Assembly (NCBI GenBank): GCA_002269645.1
Contig: NIVC01000069.1
Span: 353,498-417,497, forward strand
Source of the DNA: Macrostomum lignano
Lineage: Eukaryota
Length of the DNA: 64,000 nt
Direction: 5' to 3'
Part shown: positions 49,365-62,600 of the stretch, piece by piece
Layout of the letters: the number at the start of each line of letters is the position of its first letter
Position numbering within the stretch: position 1 is the first letter of the stretch
Notes under the pieces: model-generated
What the model was told of the DNA's origin: nothing
Database searches by the model: none
The model's input: the letters and a program-made list of their open reading frames with translations, nothing else
Position numbers and translations under genes: made by a program

Positions 49365-49400
<36 letters not shown>

Positions 49401-49436
49401 GGACAGACAGACAGACAGATAGACGGACAGACAGAT

Positions 49437-49468
<32 letters not shown>

Positions 49469-49532
49469 GGACAGACATACAGACAGACAGACAGACGGAC
49501 AGACAGACAGACAGATAGACGGACAGACAGAT

Positions 49533-49564
<32 letters not shown>

Positions 49565-49584
49565 GGACAGACAGATAGACAGAT

Positions 49585-49640
<56 letters not shown>

Positions 49641-49814
49641 GGACAGACAGACAGACAGATAGACGGACAGACAGATAGACAGACAAACAGACAGACAGAC
49701 AGACACATAGACAGACAAACAGACAGACAGACACACAGACAGACAGATAGATAGACAGACAGACAGACACACAGACAGACAGATAGACAGACAAACAGAC
49801 AGACAGACAGACAC

Positions 49815-49845
<31 letters not shown>

Positions 49846-49938
49846 CACAGACAGACAAACAGACAGACACACGGAAAGACAGATAGACGGACAGGACAGA
49901 CAGACAGACAGATAGACGGACAGGACAGATAGACAGGC

Positions 49939-49989
<51 letters not shown>

Positions 49990-50064
49990 TAGACGGACAG
50001 ACAGATAGACAGACAAACAGACAGACAGACAGACACACAGACAGACAAACAGACAGACAGACAC

Positions 50065-50097
<33 letters not shown>

Positions 50098-50280
50098 TAG
50101 ACAGACAGACAGACAGACACACAGACAGACAAACAGACAGACAGGCAGACACACAGACAGACAAACAGACAGACAGGCAGACACACAGACAGACAAACAG
50201 ACAGACACACGGAAAGACAGATAGACGGACAGGACAGACAGACAGACAGACAGATAGACGGACAGGACAGATAGACAGGC

Positions 50281-50315
<35 letters not shown>

Positions 50316-50370
50316 GCCTGACTGAGTGAGTGACAAAACAAACAGTCAGACAGGCACATAGACAGAGAAA
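49255..50370. repeat. (GACA)n compound microsatellite
   Basis: Direct inspection. Confidence 0.95.
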
Positions 50371-51376
50371 CATTAGACAAAACGACAGTATAAATGAATG
50401 AGATGAGTTTCAGTTACGGACATTTTTCAAGTCAGCATATACTGGCAATAAATACTTGACCTTTGTTTCTATTTGAAATGAATAATTAAAATAAAGTGAA
50501 GCCAAAACCCCCTTAAAATCAAATTAAAATTAAAAAAGCATTAACCAAAAAGATAAAGACAATTTGATATATTATCTGATGGAAGCAGCCAAACAATTGA
50601 AGTTTAACACACAGGATGCATCATGTAGTTTATAAAAACACAACAGCATGAAAAAGTACGAGTATATGTAGCTTTTTACATGCTAAATGAGAATTTGGCT
50701 AAGCATAGTTTAGACTCGGCTATCTGCTGCATCTAGACATACACAGAAAGATATTTAGACAGAAATATAGACAGTAAATCAAGAATTTGACACGAGGATT
50801 GACATTTGACAATTTACGCCATTTTCTGTCGCTTTACCTCACTCGTAACCTTCTGCGTTATGCACCAAATAAAGTGGCTGAAGCACGCATATTTAACTTC
50901 TCTCTGTGTTGCATTCTTAATTTTTCTGTCAGATTCTCATTTAGCGTTTCAAAAGCTATATACATGTATATATACACCAAGGACTACTCAAGTAGAAAGA
51001 CGGGAAAATTACGGTTCTTAGAAAATGTTTATGAGGCTGGTTTTCGCCGAAAAATACACTACGGAGATAGGAAGCTTTCATTTTTTCAGCACAAAAATTT
51101 TTATTGCTTTTGATAGGAGGCAGATCCAGTGCTAATCTTTTAATATGTGTTGTGCCTTAATTCTTATAGCTCTATTGAGATAAAGCTTTTCGTTTAAACA
51201 TTTTCTAAGAAACGCATTGGTTTCCCGTCCTTGGTGTATATTGAAATACAACCACGAATTACCTTGGAAAAAAGTGAGAGATCATGTCAATATTCTCTAT
51301 ATGGTAATGGCATGACTAGGAAAAGGATAATTTTCATTTTCTTAAGTAATTTCAACACAATACAAGAGTCAATCAA

Positions 51377-51829
51377 TCAGCAAGTGGAGTGGAACACGCC
51401 AGCCACTTTCTGTCCAGCATTGACCAGCTCATTGTACTTTGCTGCTGCAGCCTCTGTCTGCAGTACGTAGACTTTTGCGCCTCGATCTCTGACGTACTGC
51501 TTGGTGGCCTCGGGTACTTGCAGCACCAGATCCATGCCGCGGGAGATGACTACAGCATCCAGGCCGGCAGGAGATTTGTCGAATAATTCTTGAAGATCGG
51601 CGGCCTGCACCCCCGGCCTGTGATGCGTGCCAGTCTCGCGCCAGTCCCACGATCGACTGCCAGCTGGCCACAGCTTGGCGTCGCGATAGGAGCTGTCCAT
51701 GTTGGACACTCTGATGCGGCCCCAGCTAATTTTGGATATCAGCGGAGCTGCACTGGCTGCAGTGTTGCTGTTGAGAGACAATAGGCTTGGCAGAAAAATC
51801 GATAATAGTAGTATCTTTGTGCTTATCAT
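51377..51829 (-). CDS. AAMDC: Mth938 domain protein (AAMDC) with hydrophobic N-terminal extension, 150 aa
   Basis: ISWGRIRV..YRDAKLWPAGSRSWDWRETGTHHRPGVQ..VISRGM..LQTE..GVFHSTC* matches AAMDC; ATG at 51829 two nt after an aaccag acceptor. Confidence 0.92.
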   Translation of the reverse strand: MISTKILLLSIFLPSLLSLNSNTAASAAPLISKISWGRIRVSNMDSSYRDAKLWPAGSRSWDWRETGTHHRPGVQAADLQELFDKSPAGLDAVVISRGMDLVLQVPEATKQYVRDRGAKVYVLQTEAAAAKYNELVNAGQKVAGVFHSTC

Positions 51830-53257
51830 CACTGGTTGCAAATTGATTGTAAGGCCTGAAATTGTTCAGGCAGGCAAAATTAACTTTATAAAAAAGTTCC
51901 TGATAGGTTTGCATGCATGCAAGTTTTAAGCTATAATATAAATTTGCTACATAAAAAGTAATAGAAATTCTCACTGTCCCCTTAATTTGCTAAGTTGGAT
52001 TTTTCAAGTATTTTTGTTGAAAAATTAATTTATATAGGCATTACTAACTTGTTAATTAATTTGCTCCCAAAAAACTCAAATTGTATAAGTTCAAAATAAA
52101 TGTGATATGCATAATGAAATTAAATGGGAGCTACCTCACAAGCAAGTACTTTACAATTTTAATGTAAGCAGGCCAAATATATAACTATAGCTAGCTACTA
52201 GATGGGACTAGAATAAACCAATGATAAATTAATGAAATCCAATACACTTAATTCTTCGACATTTTTAGTGACTTATCCACTCCAGCCCACTTAACTTGGA
52301 TCAATTCAAAGTAAATGCACTTAAACATTGCTTGTGTTGCTTTCATAAAAAGCTTCATTTTCGTTTAATATACTGAAAATGGCTACAATGTTACTGATAT
52401 AATAAAGCCACAGAAAGAAACCATTATTTACGAATTCGAGTATGTTACTTTTGACGTTCCTTTTGTTTAATTTCAGTTCCAGGCTAGTTTTTCGAAGTTG
52501 AAACAGCCCAATGTTTCGCAGAAAGTTTGTATTTTCGCAGGTTCGGGTAAACTTCTGATAAAAACACCAAGTAAAATCTTTCAAAAAACGAAAATAAAAA
52601 ATTAAAATTTAGATTTAAAGCTTTTAAGTACAGTATTTGGTAGTTTCTATTGCGAACTTTGGTTTTGATTCATTGCGTTTGATTATCTTAGAATAGTTCC
52701 CGGAAAATGCTGTGGTGTCCTGATTTGAATTGTTACAATTTTGATTATTTTTTGGTTCGTTCATCGTCACAACCTTTAGCCTGCCTCTTTATATAGCCTA
52801 CTACTACTTGCATGTAGTAATGACTCAGTTAATAATATCGATCAATAAATTTTAACCTAAACTGTTTATTATTTCTGTAATACTATTTTTACACCAATCA
52901 TACTGATACAATTCACTGAGATAGATCAATATTATTGAAAATCATAATAAAATTTATGATTCTAGTGTAATTTTTAATATAGTTTGTATCTTATTTCAGC
53001 TTAAAATTATTGAAGGGAATCCTTAGTCACGCATTGTTCTTACTTGAGTTGCTTGCAATGCAGCAATTTCCGTAAATATAATGACAGTTGGCTGTAGCTG
53101 TATTAAGACAAGTTAGTTAAGTACAATGTCATTTGCCGAAAACTCAAATAAGATGCTAAGCATGCTGTTACTTGTTATGCCATTTAGAAGAATTCTAATT
53201 TAATTGGTGGTGATGGTGAAAAAATCCTAAAAATTAATATAATTTATATTGACTAGG

Positions 53258-53700
53258 CCTAATGGCTATCTTGCAATATTGTTCATTAAATTCACTGTAG
53301 GTAGGCCTATGCACATTTTTTAACTATTGACATGAAACTTTCCAAAAATTATGCTAACATTTTAGAAGTGTTGTGGCATTAAAATTTTTTTGTCAGGGGT
53401 TGCAACTTAACTTTTATTGCACTTTCCATGGTTTCCTAGGTTTTTCCAAATTTTAACAACTATTAAGAATTATGCAATTGTTGGACTTGGAAGGCTAGTG
53501 GAAGACCTTCTGCCCCAACATGGAGATGGATTGTGCCACCTCAAGAGGTCGCCCAGCCCTTGAACTAACCAATATGGGCATTCTAACCAAATGTTAGCAT
53601 AATAAAAATATTCATTTTTGGAAAGTTTCATGTCAATAGCTAAAAATGTACATATACTAATACAGTGGATTTAACAAACAATTCTGCAGGATAGCCTTGA
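53258..53700. mobile_element. Degenerate MITE with ~110-bp inverted arms
   Basis: ctattgacatgaaactttccaaaaat..tatgctaacattt is inverted at ~53580-53700. Confidence 0.6.
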
Positions 53701-53916
53701 ACTAATTATGATTTTTATATAAAATATTATTAACTTTGTAATGTAATGTGATTGGCCTATATTAATTAAATATTTTCCGGGGCAATCAAATGTTTTAATT
53801 TTAGTTAGACTCTTTATTCTAGCAACTTGCCTTAGGCTTTGTTAGGCCTATTTTAATTTCAAAATGATAGTGATAGACTAAAAAAGTTAAATAAAATCAG
53901 ATATAGTTTTCATATA

Positions 53917-54435
53917 CTAGCAATCTAATATCCCCTTTAGCTGTCCAATAAGCAAAGAGCAAAAATTATCTATACAAATCCAAAAAGAAAGAAAGCACAT
54001 TTTTTAAAGAACCAATTCCTTCTTTAGTTCTATAGATAATCTTATTTATGTAAAATTGTCATAGACAAATGTGTTTGCTATGAATATCTTTTTTCAAAAT
54101 TAACAAAGGTATACAATAAAATAACGCCTCCATATAGATAGTAGGCGTTTCCCAGATGGTAAGCACCCCCCCCCCTTAGATAGCAAACATCCCCCAGATA
54201 GCAAGCATCCCCCAGATAGAAAAAATCCCCCATATGGCAAACATCCCCTAGATAACAAGCATCTCTTGATAGCAAGCATTCCCTGAAAGCAAGCAACCCC
54301 ATATAGCAAGCGTACCCTAATAGTAAGCAACCTTAGACAACAAGTATCTCCTAGATAGTAATCAATCCCTAAATAGCAAATATCCCCAGATAGCAAGGAT
54401 CCCTCAGATAGCAGGCATCCCCCAATAGCAAGCAA
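53917..54435. mobile_element. Second, decayed copy of the 7279-8388 element
   Basis: ctagcaatcta...ccaataagcaaagagcaaaa...gatagcaagcatccccca; flanked by ~45-bp direct repeat gatagactaaaaa.gttaaataaaat..gatatagttt. Confidence 0.6.
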
Positions 54436-54924
54436 GGTAGATAGACTAAAAAGGTTAAATAAAATTCGATATAGTTTCTATATATTTTTTTATTTTAATA
54501 ACTAAAAGTCCTTATATTAGTTTTGTATTTAATATTTGTATACTTTCTATTTTTAAATATTTTTGCCTTATAACATAATGTGATAAGTACAAGCTAAATT
54601 CTATATTAAGATTTATTTAAATATTAAAATTATTTTTATATTAAGGAATATTTTTTTATAAAAAACAGTTATATATAGTATATTGTGTTGTTAATATTAG
54701 TCAAATTAAATAAAGAATACTATGCTTTGAAAAGTAAAATCTAAGGAATTTTTTATTTAACAGTTTATAATATACCTATATCTTTAAATTTATTTTTAAG
54801 CCACTACATGTGTAAAAAAATTATCTTATTTTTAATTTCATGGGCAATTATTAACATTTTTAATAAAGAAACATGTTCATTTAGTAATAATTCTAGTGGA
54901 TCCTACCAAAGTGGCTAAGAAGAA

Positions 54925-55340
54925 ATGAACTTTTCACAGTCTCAGCAAAGTGTGGCATCAGATCCAGTCTTCCAAGCCAAGGTGAGGCTTAGCACTGATG
55001 CCTTAAACAAAGAAGACTTCAAAAAAGCAGTTCAGGTAAGTTCTTTTTTAGATATGACATTTCCGTTGCTTCATTGTAATAAACCTCTTTATTACGCCTC
55101 TTTATTACAGACATTTTCAAATAGCACTTCCTTACCCTTACCGTAATGCACCTTAAACACTTAAATAATCAAAATTCACTACTTCTATTCCTGCAGTACA
55201 TCGACGAAGCCCTGGAGATGGAGCCAAACAATCACGTGCTGCTTAGCAACCGCTGCGCGGCCAGACTCAAACTGGGGGAGTTCGGACTGGCCCTGCAGGA
55301 TGCCAGGAAGTGCCGGACTCTGGCGCCTGACTGGCCCAAG
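54925..55340 (+). CDS. TTC28: TTC28-like TPR protein, first two exons (54925-55035, 55197-55340); remainder beyond window
   Basis: FQAKVRLSTDALNKEDFKKAVQ|YIDEALEMEPNNHVLLSNRCAARLKLG..ALQDARKCRTLAPDWPK| matches the TTC28 N-terminal TPR pattern. Confidence 0.75.
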
Positions 55341-55344
55341 GTAA

Positions 55345-55655
55345 GCCTGCCTGTCTGTCTGCCTGTCTGTCTTTCTGACTCTGTCTGTCTGTCTGCCTGT
55401 CTGTCTTTCTGACTCTGTCTGTCTGTCTGTCTGCCTGTCTGTCTTTCTGACTCTGTCTGTCTGTCTGCCTGTCTGTCTTTCTGACTCTGTCTGTCTGTCT
55501 GTCTGCCTGTCTGTCTTTCTGACTCTGTATGTCTGTCTGTCTGTCTGTCTGTCTGCCTGTCTGTCTGTCTGTCTGTCTGTCTGTCTGCCTGCCTGTCTGC
55601 CTGTCTGTCTTTCTGACTCTGTCTGTCTGTCTGTCTGTCTGTCTTTCTTTCTGAC

Positions 55656-55698
<43 letters not shown>

Positions 55699-55871
55699 GC
55701 CTGTCTGTCTTTCTGACTCTATCTGTCTGCCTGTCTGTCTGTCTGTCTGCCTGTCTGTCTGCCTGTCTGTCTTTCTGACTCTATCTGTCTGCCTGTCTGT
55801 CTGTCTGTCTGCCTGTCTGTCTGCCTGTCTGTCTTTCTGATTCTATCTGTCTGCCTGTCTGTCTTTCTGAC

Positions 55872-55906
<35 letters not shown>

Positions 55907-55954
55907 GTCTGTCTGTCTGTCTTTCTGACTATGTATGTCTGTCTGTCTGCCTGC

Positions 55955-55985
<31 letters not shown>

Positions 55986-56080
55986 CCTGGATGTGTCTGT
56001 GTATCCACCTGTCTTTCTACCTGTCTGTGTGTCTGTCTGTGTCTGTCTGTCTGCCTTAACGCCTGTCTGTCTGTCTGTCT
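55345..56080. repeat. (GTCT)n microsatellite at the start of TTC28 intron 2
   Basis: Direct inspection. Confidence 0.95.
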
Positions 56081-56769
56081 ATTGACTATAAAATCATTCT
56101 GTCTCTCCACGGACCTACTTGGAGCCGTACCCAGTTCTTACACTATTATTAGGCTAGCTGAAAATTCACACATTTTTAATGTTGCTCTTTGCGCAGTCTC
56201 TGTGAAGTTTTACTAGTATAGTTTTTTATTCTTTATGGCTTTACGTCGGCAGTCTTGCATAGTTTTATTTTACGCAATTCAAGCTTTGAATTTACTCGCC
56301 TCAGATGGCATATTTGTCATAATGCTCGGGTCGCTTATTTGAATGTGCTCATTTTTCGTACGCTTCATCATTCTAAGCTGTTCAAGTTGAAGCTCAATTT
56401 TATTGTTACCTCCAAACAGTGCCTGCTCTCTTCGAGAGGTCTCCCCTAATTGGTCTCTTGCTTCTTGAGCTTTCCACAAAAACTCGTAGTCTACGGCTAG
56501 AATCTAGAAGTGGATCTTCGATGTGGACAGGAAAAAAATGGAATACGGTTTTTGTTTGCCATTGTCTCTGTTCTGTCTGCCCGTTGAGTACCTCTATTTG
56601 GTTAATAGAGTTTATGTATTAAGTAATGGTTTAGCTCTGTTTTGCTTTCGGCTTTGCTTTGAGTAAAGTATTAAGGCTTACTCTTTGAGAGCCTTGTATG
56701 GGCATATACACTGTATATCGTAAAGTAAGAATTTTAAAAACTGTACTCGTAGAATTGCCCTAAACTGTC

Positions 56770-57780
56770 TATAAACTATCCAGAGAATCGCCCATAGAAT
56801 ATCTGGAGAACCGCCCAGAATATCCGGAGAATCGCCCATAGAATATCTGGAGAATCGCCCAGAATATCCGGAGAATCACCCATAGAATATCTGGAGAATC
56901 GCCCAGAATATCCGGAGAATCACCCATAGAATATCTGGAGAATCGCCCAGAATATCCGGAGAATCACCCATAGAATATCTGGAGAACCGCCCAGAATATC
57001 CGGAGAATCACCCATAGAATATCTGGAGAACCGCCCAGAATATCCGGAGAATCACCCATAGACTATCTGGAGAATCGCCCATAAACTATTCGGAGAGTTG
57101 CCTATATCGTATCCGGAGAATCGCCTATAGAGTCTCTGGGGATTCGCCCATAGACTATCCAAAGAATCACCCATAGACTATCCAAAGAATCACTCATCAG
57201 ACTATCTATAGAATCGCCCATAGAGCATCTGAAGAATTGCGCATAGAGTATCTGTAGATCGCCCATAGACTATTTGGAGAATCGCCCACAGACTCTCTGG
57301 AGAATCGTCCATAGACTCCAATGAATCGCCCATAGAATATCCGGAGAATCGCCCATAGAATATCCGGAGAATCGCCCATAGATAGACTATCCAGAGAATC
57401 GCCCATAGATAGACTCTCTGGAGAATCGCCCATAGACTCTCTGGAGAATCGTCCATAGACTCCAATGAATCGCCCATAGAATATCCGGAGAATCGGCCAT
57501 AGATAGACTATCCAGAGAATCGCCCATAGATAGACTCTCTGGAGAATCGCCCATAGACTCTCTGGAGAATCGTCCATAGACTCCAATGAATCGCCCATAG
57601 AATATCCGGAGAATCGGCCATAGATAGACTATCCGGAGAATTGCCCATAGACTCTCTGGAGAATCGCCTATAGACTGTCTGGAGAATCTCGATAAAATAT
57701 ACCCAAGTCTCTGGAGAATCTCGATAAAAATACCCAAGTCTCTGGAGAATCTCGATAAAATATACCCAAGTCTCTGGAGA
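56770..57780. repeat. Degenerate ~21-bp minisatellite
   Basis: ggagaatcgcccatagaatatc variants. Confidence 0.9.
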
Positions 57781-58091
57781 ATATGTACTCGTAATAAAAT
57801 ATCGTTAAAGTTCTGTTTGGAATCAACCCAGAAAGTTCTAAGTCGAAATAAAGGCAGCAAAGCATTTAGCTAGTCGAATATTATGAACTAGAATAATAGC
57901 AACTCGTATTTTTCTAAGGCTTCTGTCCTGAAAAGCGGCAATATTTCATTTAAGCTTTGATTATTATTGACAGGTAAAAAACGTTTTGTTAAGTGCTTTT
58001 CTAAGTTAAAAATTGACTAATTAAAGCCGCTTATTTCTGTCCAAAAGCACTCCCAATCCAAGGTTAGATCTTTTTCCACCCATACATAATT

Positions 58092-58127
58092 TTAGAACTT
58101 AGCAAAGCACTTGACGGAGTCTGTCAG
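58092..58127 (+). mobile_element. Possible LINE reverse transcriptase relic
   Basis: Translates LELSKALDGVCQ, resembling the LDLSKAFDxV motif; very short. Confidence 0.3.
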
Positions 58128-58649
58128 ATCTGGCTATCAGTCATTTTCTTTCCTATTAATTGCGCAGCGCTCTCTTTTTTCTAAAAATCCTTAATAGACT
58201 ACTGGTACTGCTCCTGCAGTAGTGTAGTTAAGATTTTTTCGTGCAAAATTTGTCTATAAAACATATAAAACACGTATGTGCGGATTACCTTAATTTCTAT
58301 CCAGCAAAGCAATTTGCTTATGCGATTTTGAAAAAAAATTGACTCTCACTTTCCCATGGCTGGGTATTAGCCATGCATGTCTTTTTTAGGTCAACGTTTA
58401 CACTGTCTTAAAAGACTGCAAACCTCTCTAGTTCTCTACTATCTCTCGGCAGTGTTTGCATTGTTGTAGTTTGGCACCGTTAGTTCTTATGCTAGCTGAA
58501 TAGCTGTGAACTGGTGACTCTTGAGAGCTGCCTTTTTTGCGCAGTTCAACCACTTTACATGTTAAATTAGCATTGTGTTGTATTTCCCTCTGTGTTCTAA
58601 TGCCACTGCTGTGTATCTTGGGCTCATTATATTGGATTCTAGTGGATTC

Positions 58650-58720
58650 TATCTGTCTATCTATCTATCTATCTATCTATCATCTATCTATCTATCTATC
58701 TATCTATCTATTTTTCTATC

Positions 58721-58751
<31 letters not shown>

Positions 58752-58814
58752 ATCTATCTATCTATCTATCTATCCATTTATCTATCTATCTATCTATCTA
58801 TCTATCTGTCTATC

Positions 58815-58850
<36 letters not shown>

Positions 58851-58892
58851 GTCTATCTATCTATCTATTTTTCTATCATCTATCTATCTATC

Positions 58893-58923
<31 letters not shown>

Positions 58924-58940
58924 CTATCTATCTGTCTATC

Positions 58941-58984
<44 letters not shown>

Positions 58985-59261
58985 GTCTATCTATCTATCT
59001 ATCTATTTTTCTATCTGTAACAAAGTCTGTGTGGCTTGCAGAGAGAAAAAACTTCTTAGAGCTGGCCAAGCCTAGCTCTCTCAATAAATACCAGTTTATT
59101 TTCCAGCCTGACTAGGCTGACCAATCAGCCGCTACCTCTGGTGTGCTCGCGCTCCAGAGTATGCACATGCGCGAGTACAATCCGAGAGAGAGAGAGAGAG
59201 AGAGAGACAGCCCCCCATCTCCCACTCTGCACAGAAAGCGAAACGCAGTCACCACACTATC

Positions 59262-59331
<70 letters not shown>

Positions 59332-59362
59332 ATCTATCTATCTATCTATCTATTTTTCTATC

Positions 59363-59393
<31 letters not shown>

Positions 59394-59456
59394 ATCTATC
59401 TATCTATCTATCTATCCATTTATCTATCTATCTATCTATCTATCTATCTGTCTATC

Positions 59457-59492
<36 letters not shown>

Positions 59493-59534
59493 GTCTATCT
59501 ATCTATCTATTTTTCTATCATCTATCTATCTATC

Positions 59535-59565
<31 letters not shown>

Positions 59566-59582
59566 CTATCTATCTGTCTATC

Positions 59583-59622
<40 letters not shown>

Positions 59623-59653
59623 GTCTATCTATCTATCTATCTATTTTTCTATC
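58650..59653. repeat. (TATC)n microsatellite, two near-identical blocks separated by an LTR copy
   Basis: Same order of variant landmarks in 58680-59015 and 59310-59653. Confidence 0.95.
59016..59256 (-). mobile_element. Solo LTR of the Gypsy element
   Basis: TG...CA, near-identical to 59654-59896, flanked by ctatc on both sides. Confidence 0.9.
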
Positions 59654-62600
59654 TGTAACAAAGTCTGTGTGGCTTGCAGAGAGAAAAAACTTCTTAGAGC
59701 TGGCCAAGCCTAGCTCTCTCAATAAATACCAGTTTATTTTCCAGCCTGACTAGGCTGACCAATCAGCCGCTACCTCTGGTGTGCTCGCGCTCCAGAGTAT
59801 GCACATGCGCGAGTACAATCCGAGAGAGAGAGAGAGAGAGAGAGACAGCCCCCCCCATCTCCCACTCTGCACAGAAAGCGAAACGCAGTCACCACATCCC
59901 TCCACACGTAGATGAAAAAAGAAAAAAAACAGCAACAAAAAAGAAACAAAAAAAGAGAAAAGAAAATACTTCCCAGCACCACGACAACAATAACAGAAAC
60001 AAAAAAAATCGAAGACCACCGAAAGCTGTAAACAAAAAAAAGGTCTGTCAGGGAAAAAACAAAAAAAAACGTTCACTTGTACGTCAACCTGTCCGGGCAT
60101 TTTCGGTTCCTCTGCGAACGCCGTGCCTGAGGAGTCGGAGGAAGCGGCGGCTGCGTGGGCGGCGGCGGCGCGGTCGGTGGCTGTGTGGGCGGCGGCGGCG
60201 TGGGCGGCAGCAGCGGCGGAACTTCTGCCTCAGCCGATTCGTAGCGCAGCTCGTCATTAATTGGCAGTTCCGTGCTTCCTGAGGTCAGCGGTTCGACGCC
60301 TGCAGAGGCTACATGGTCGGCGTGGCGGCGTACAATGCGATCATCAGGCAGCCGGCACTCGTAGGACAAAGGTGCTGTTTGTCGGCTGATGCTGGCCGGC
60401 AGCCACTTCTGCTGACCCGTGAAATCCCGCACTACGACGTCGTCGCCTTCCTCGAAGGACCTCGCTCTGGCGCGCCTGTCGTGTTGTAGCTTCTGTGCCT
60501 CCTGTCGTCGCGTGACCGCAGCCGAGACGTCCGGACGTACCAGATCCAGCAGTGTTCGCAGAGGCCGGCCCATCATCAGCTGGCTCGGCGGAACGCCAGT
60601 CGTGCTGTGCGGAGTCACCCGGTAGGTCAGCAGGAACCGAGCGAGCCGAGTCTGCAGAGCCGCCGGCTGTCCCTTTGCCAGAGCCGCCTTCACCGTTTGT
60701 ACCGCGCGTTCCGCCAGGCCGTTGGACGCCGGATGATAGGGCGACACCTTGACATGCCGGATGCCATTGCTGCTCATGAAGCTCTCCATCTCTTGACTCA
60801 CGAAGTTGGGCCCGTTGTCCGTCACCACGACCTCCGGCAGGCCCAGCTGGCTGAAAGTCCGCCGGAGCCGATCGATTGTAGCGGAGCTGGTCGCGGACTG
60901 GCAGATGTGCACCTCGATCCACTTGGAATGCGCGTCGACCAGAATCAGCAGCATCTTGCCTTCGAACGGTCCAGCGTAATCCATGTGGACCCTTGACCAC
61001 GGTCTGTCAGGCCAGGGCCAGGGCTGCAGCGGCGCTGGAGGTGGGCTGTGCTGATGCAGTTTGCACTGCCGGCAGTGCTGCGAGAGCCGCTCGATGTCTC
61101 CGTCCATTCCCGGCCACCAAAAATAGTTCCTGGCCAGCGACTTCAGCTTGGACGCTCCTAGGTGACTTTGGTGCAGACACTCGAGCAACGCCAGGCGTCC
61201 CTGAACCGGCACCACCACTCTGGTGCCCCACAGCAGGCAGCCGTCCTCCACGCTAAGTTCCGCAGCTCGAGACGCAAACGGCCGCAGATCTTCGCTCCCT
61301 CGCCGATCCTCCGGCCAGCCTTCTTGCACGAACCTGAGCACTCGACCGAGTAGCGGGTCTCGCCGTGTCCAGCAGCGAACTTGAGCCGCAGTCACTGGGC
61401 CCTCGTTGAATGAGTCGATCAGCAGTACCACCTCAGCCGGCGCCGGCGCCTCCGCTGGCTTGGACGGCAGCGGCAACCGGCTCAGTGCATCCGCCCGCAG
61501 CAGGGTGGCGCCCTTGCGGTAATGCAGTCGATAGGAGTAGCTGGACAGCAGCAGAGCCCAGCGCTGAATCCTGGCAGATGCTAGTGGCGGAATGGCCTTG
61601 TTCTCGTGAAGCAGTCCTAGAAGCGGCTTGTGGTCACTCTTCAGCTGGAAGTTCCGGCCGTACAGATAGGTGTGGAATCGCTTGACGCCGAAAACAACTG
61701 CCAAGGCCTCCTTCTCCGTCTGGGAGTAGTTCTTCTCCGCATCGGCCAGAGTGCGGGACGCAAACGCGATGGGCCGCTCCACGCCATCTATCAGGTGGCA
61801 GATGACCGCGCCGAGACCGTAGGGCGAGCTGTCGCACTCCAGGATGACCTCTTTACCGGGGTCGAAATGCACTAGCGTCTGAGAGCTCAGCAGGAGCTCC
61901 TTGCAGCGGTGAAACGCACTCTCTTGCGGGCTGTTCCATTGCCAGGCAGCGCCCTTGTCCAATAGGCGGTGCAGCGGAGCGAGCCAGCTGGACAGGTTCG
62001 GCAGGAATCGTCCATAATAATTTATGAGGCCCAGGAAGCTGCGGAGTTGGGTGACGTCCTGGGGAGCTGGCGCCTCAACGATCGCGCTGACCTTGCTTTC
62101 CAGCGGGTGGAGACCGCCGGCGTCGATTCGGTGGCCCAGGTAACTCACGGACTCCTGCATGAACCGGCACTTGTCAGCTCGGCACTTCAGCCCAGCATCT
62201 TGTAGGCGCTGCAAAACGGCTTCCAGGTTCTCCAGGTGCTTCGCGTCATCAGTTCCTGTCACCAGCAGATCGTCGATAAAAGTCGCCGTGTGCGGTCTTC
62301 CTTGAAGCAAGCCGTCCATTGTCCTCTGAAACATGCCGACTGCCGGTGAGATGCCGAACGGCAACCTGGTGTACCTGAGCAACCCTTTGGAGGTGTTGAT
62401 GGTGCACAGACGCTGTGATTCCGAGTCCAGTGGCAGTTGCTGATACGCCTGACTGAGGTCTAGCTTGGTGAATTTCTGGCCTCCTGTTAGCTTTGCGAAC
62501 AATTCTTCAATTCTGGGCAGCGGGTAGGAGTCCTGCACAACGTCTTGGTTCACCGTGCGCTTGAAATCCGCGCAGATTCTGACGGATCCATCCGCCTTGA

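Noticed and set aside
49199-50380. SVCL-repeat ORFs (also the SIYL ORFs at 58537-59713)
   Set aside because: Tetranucleotide microsatellite translations
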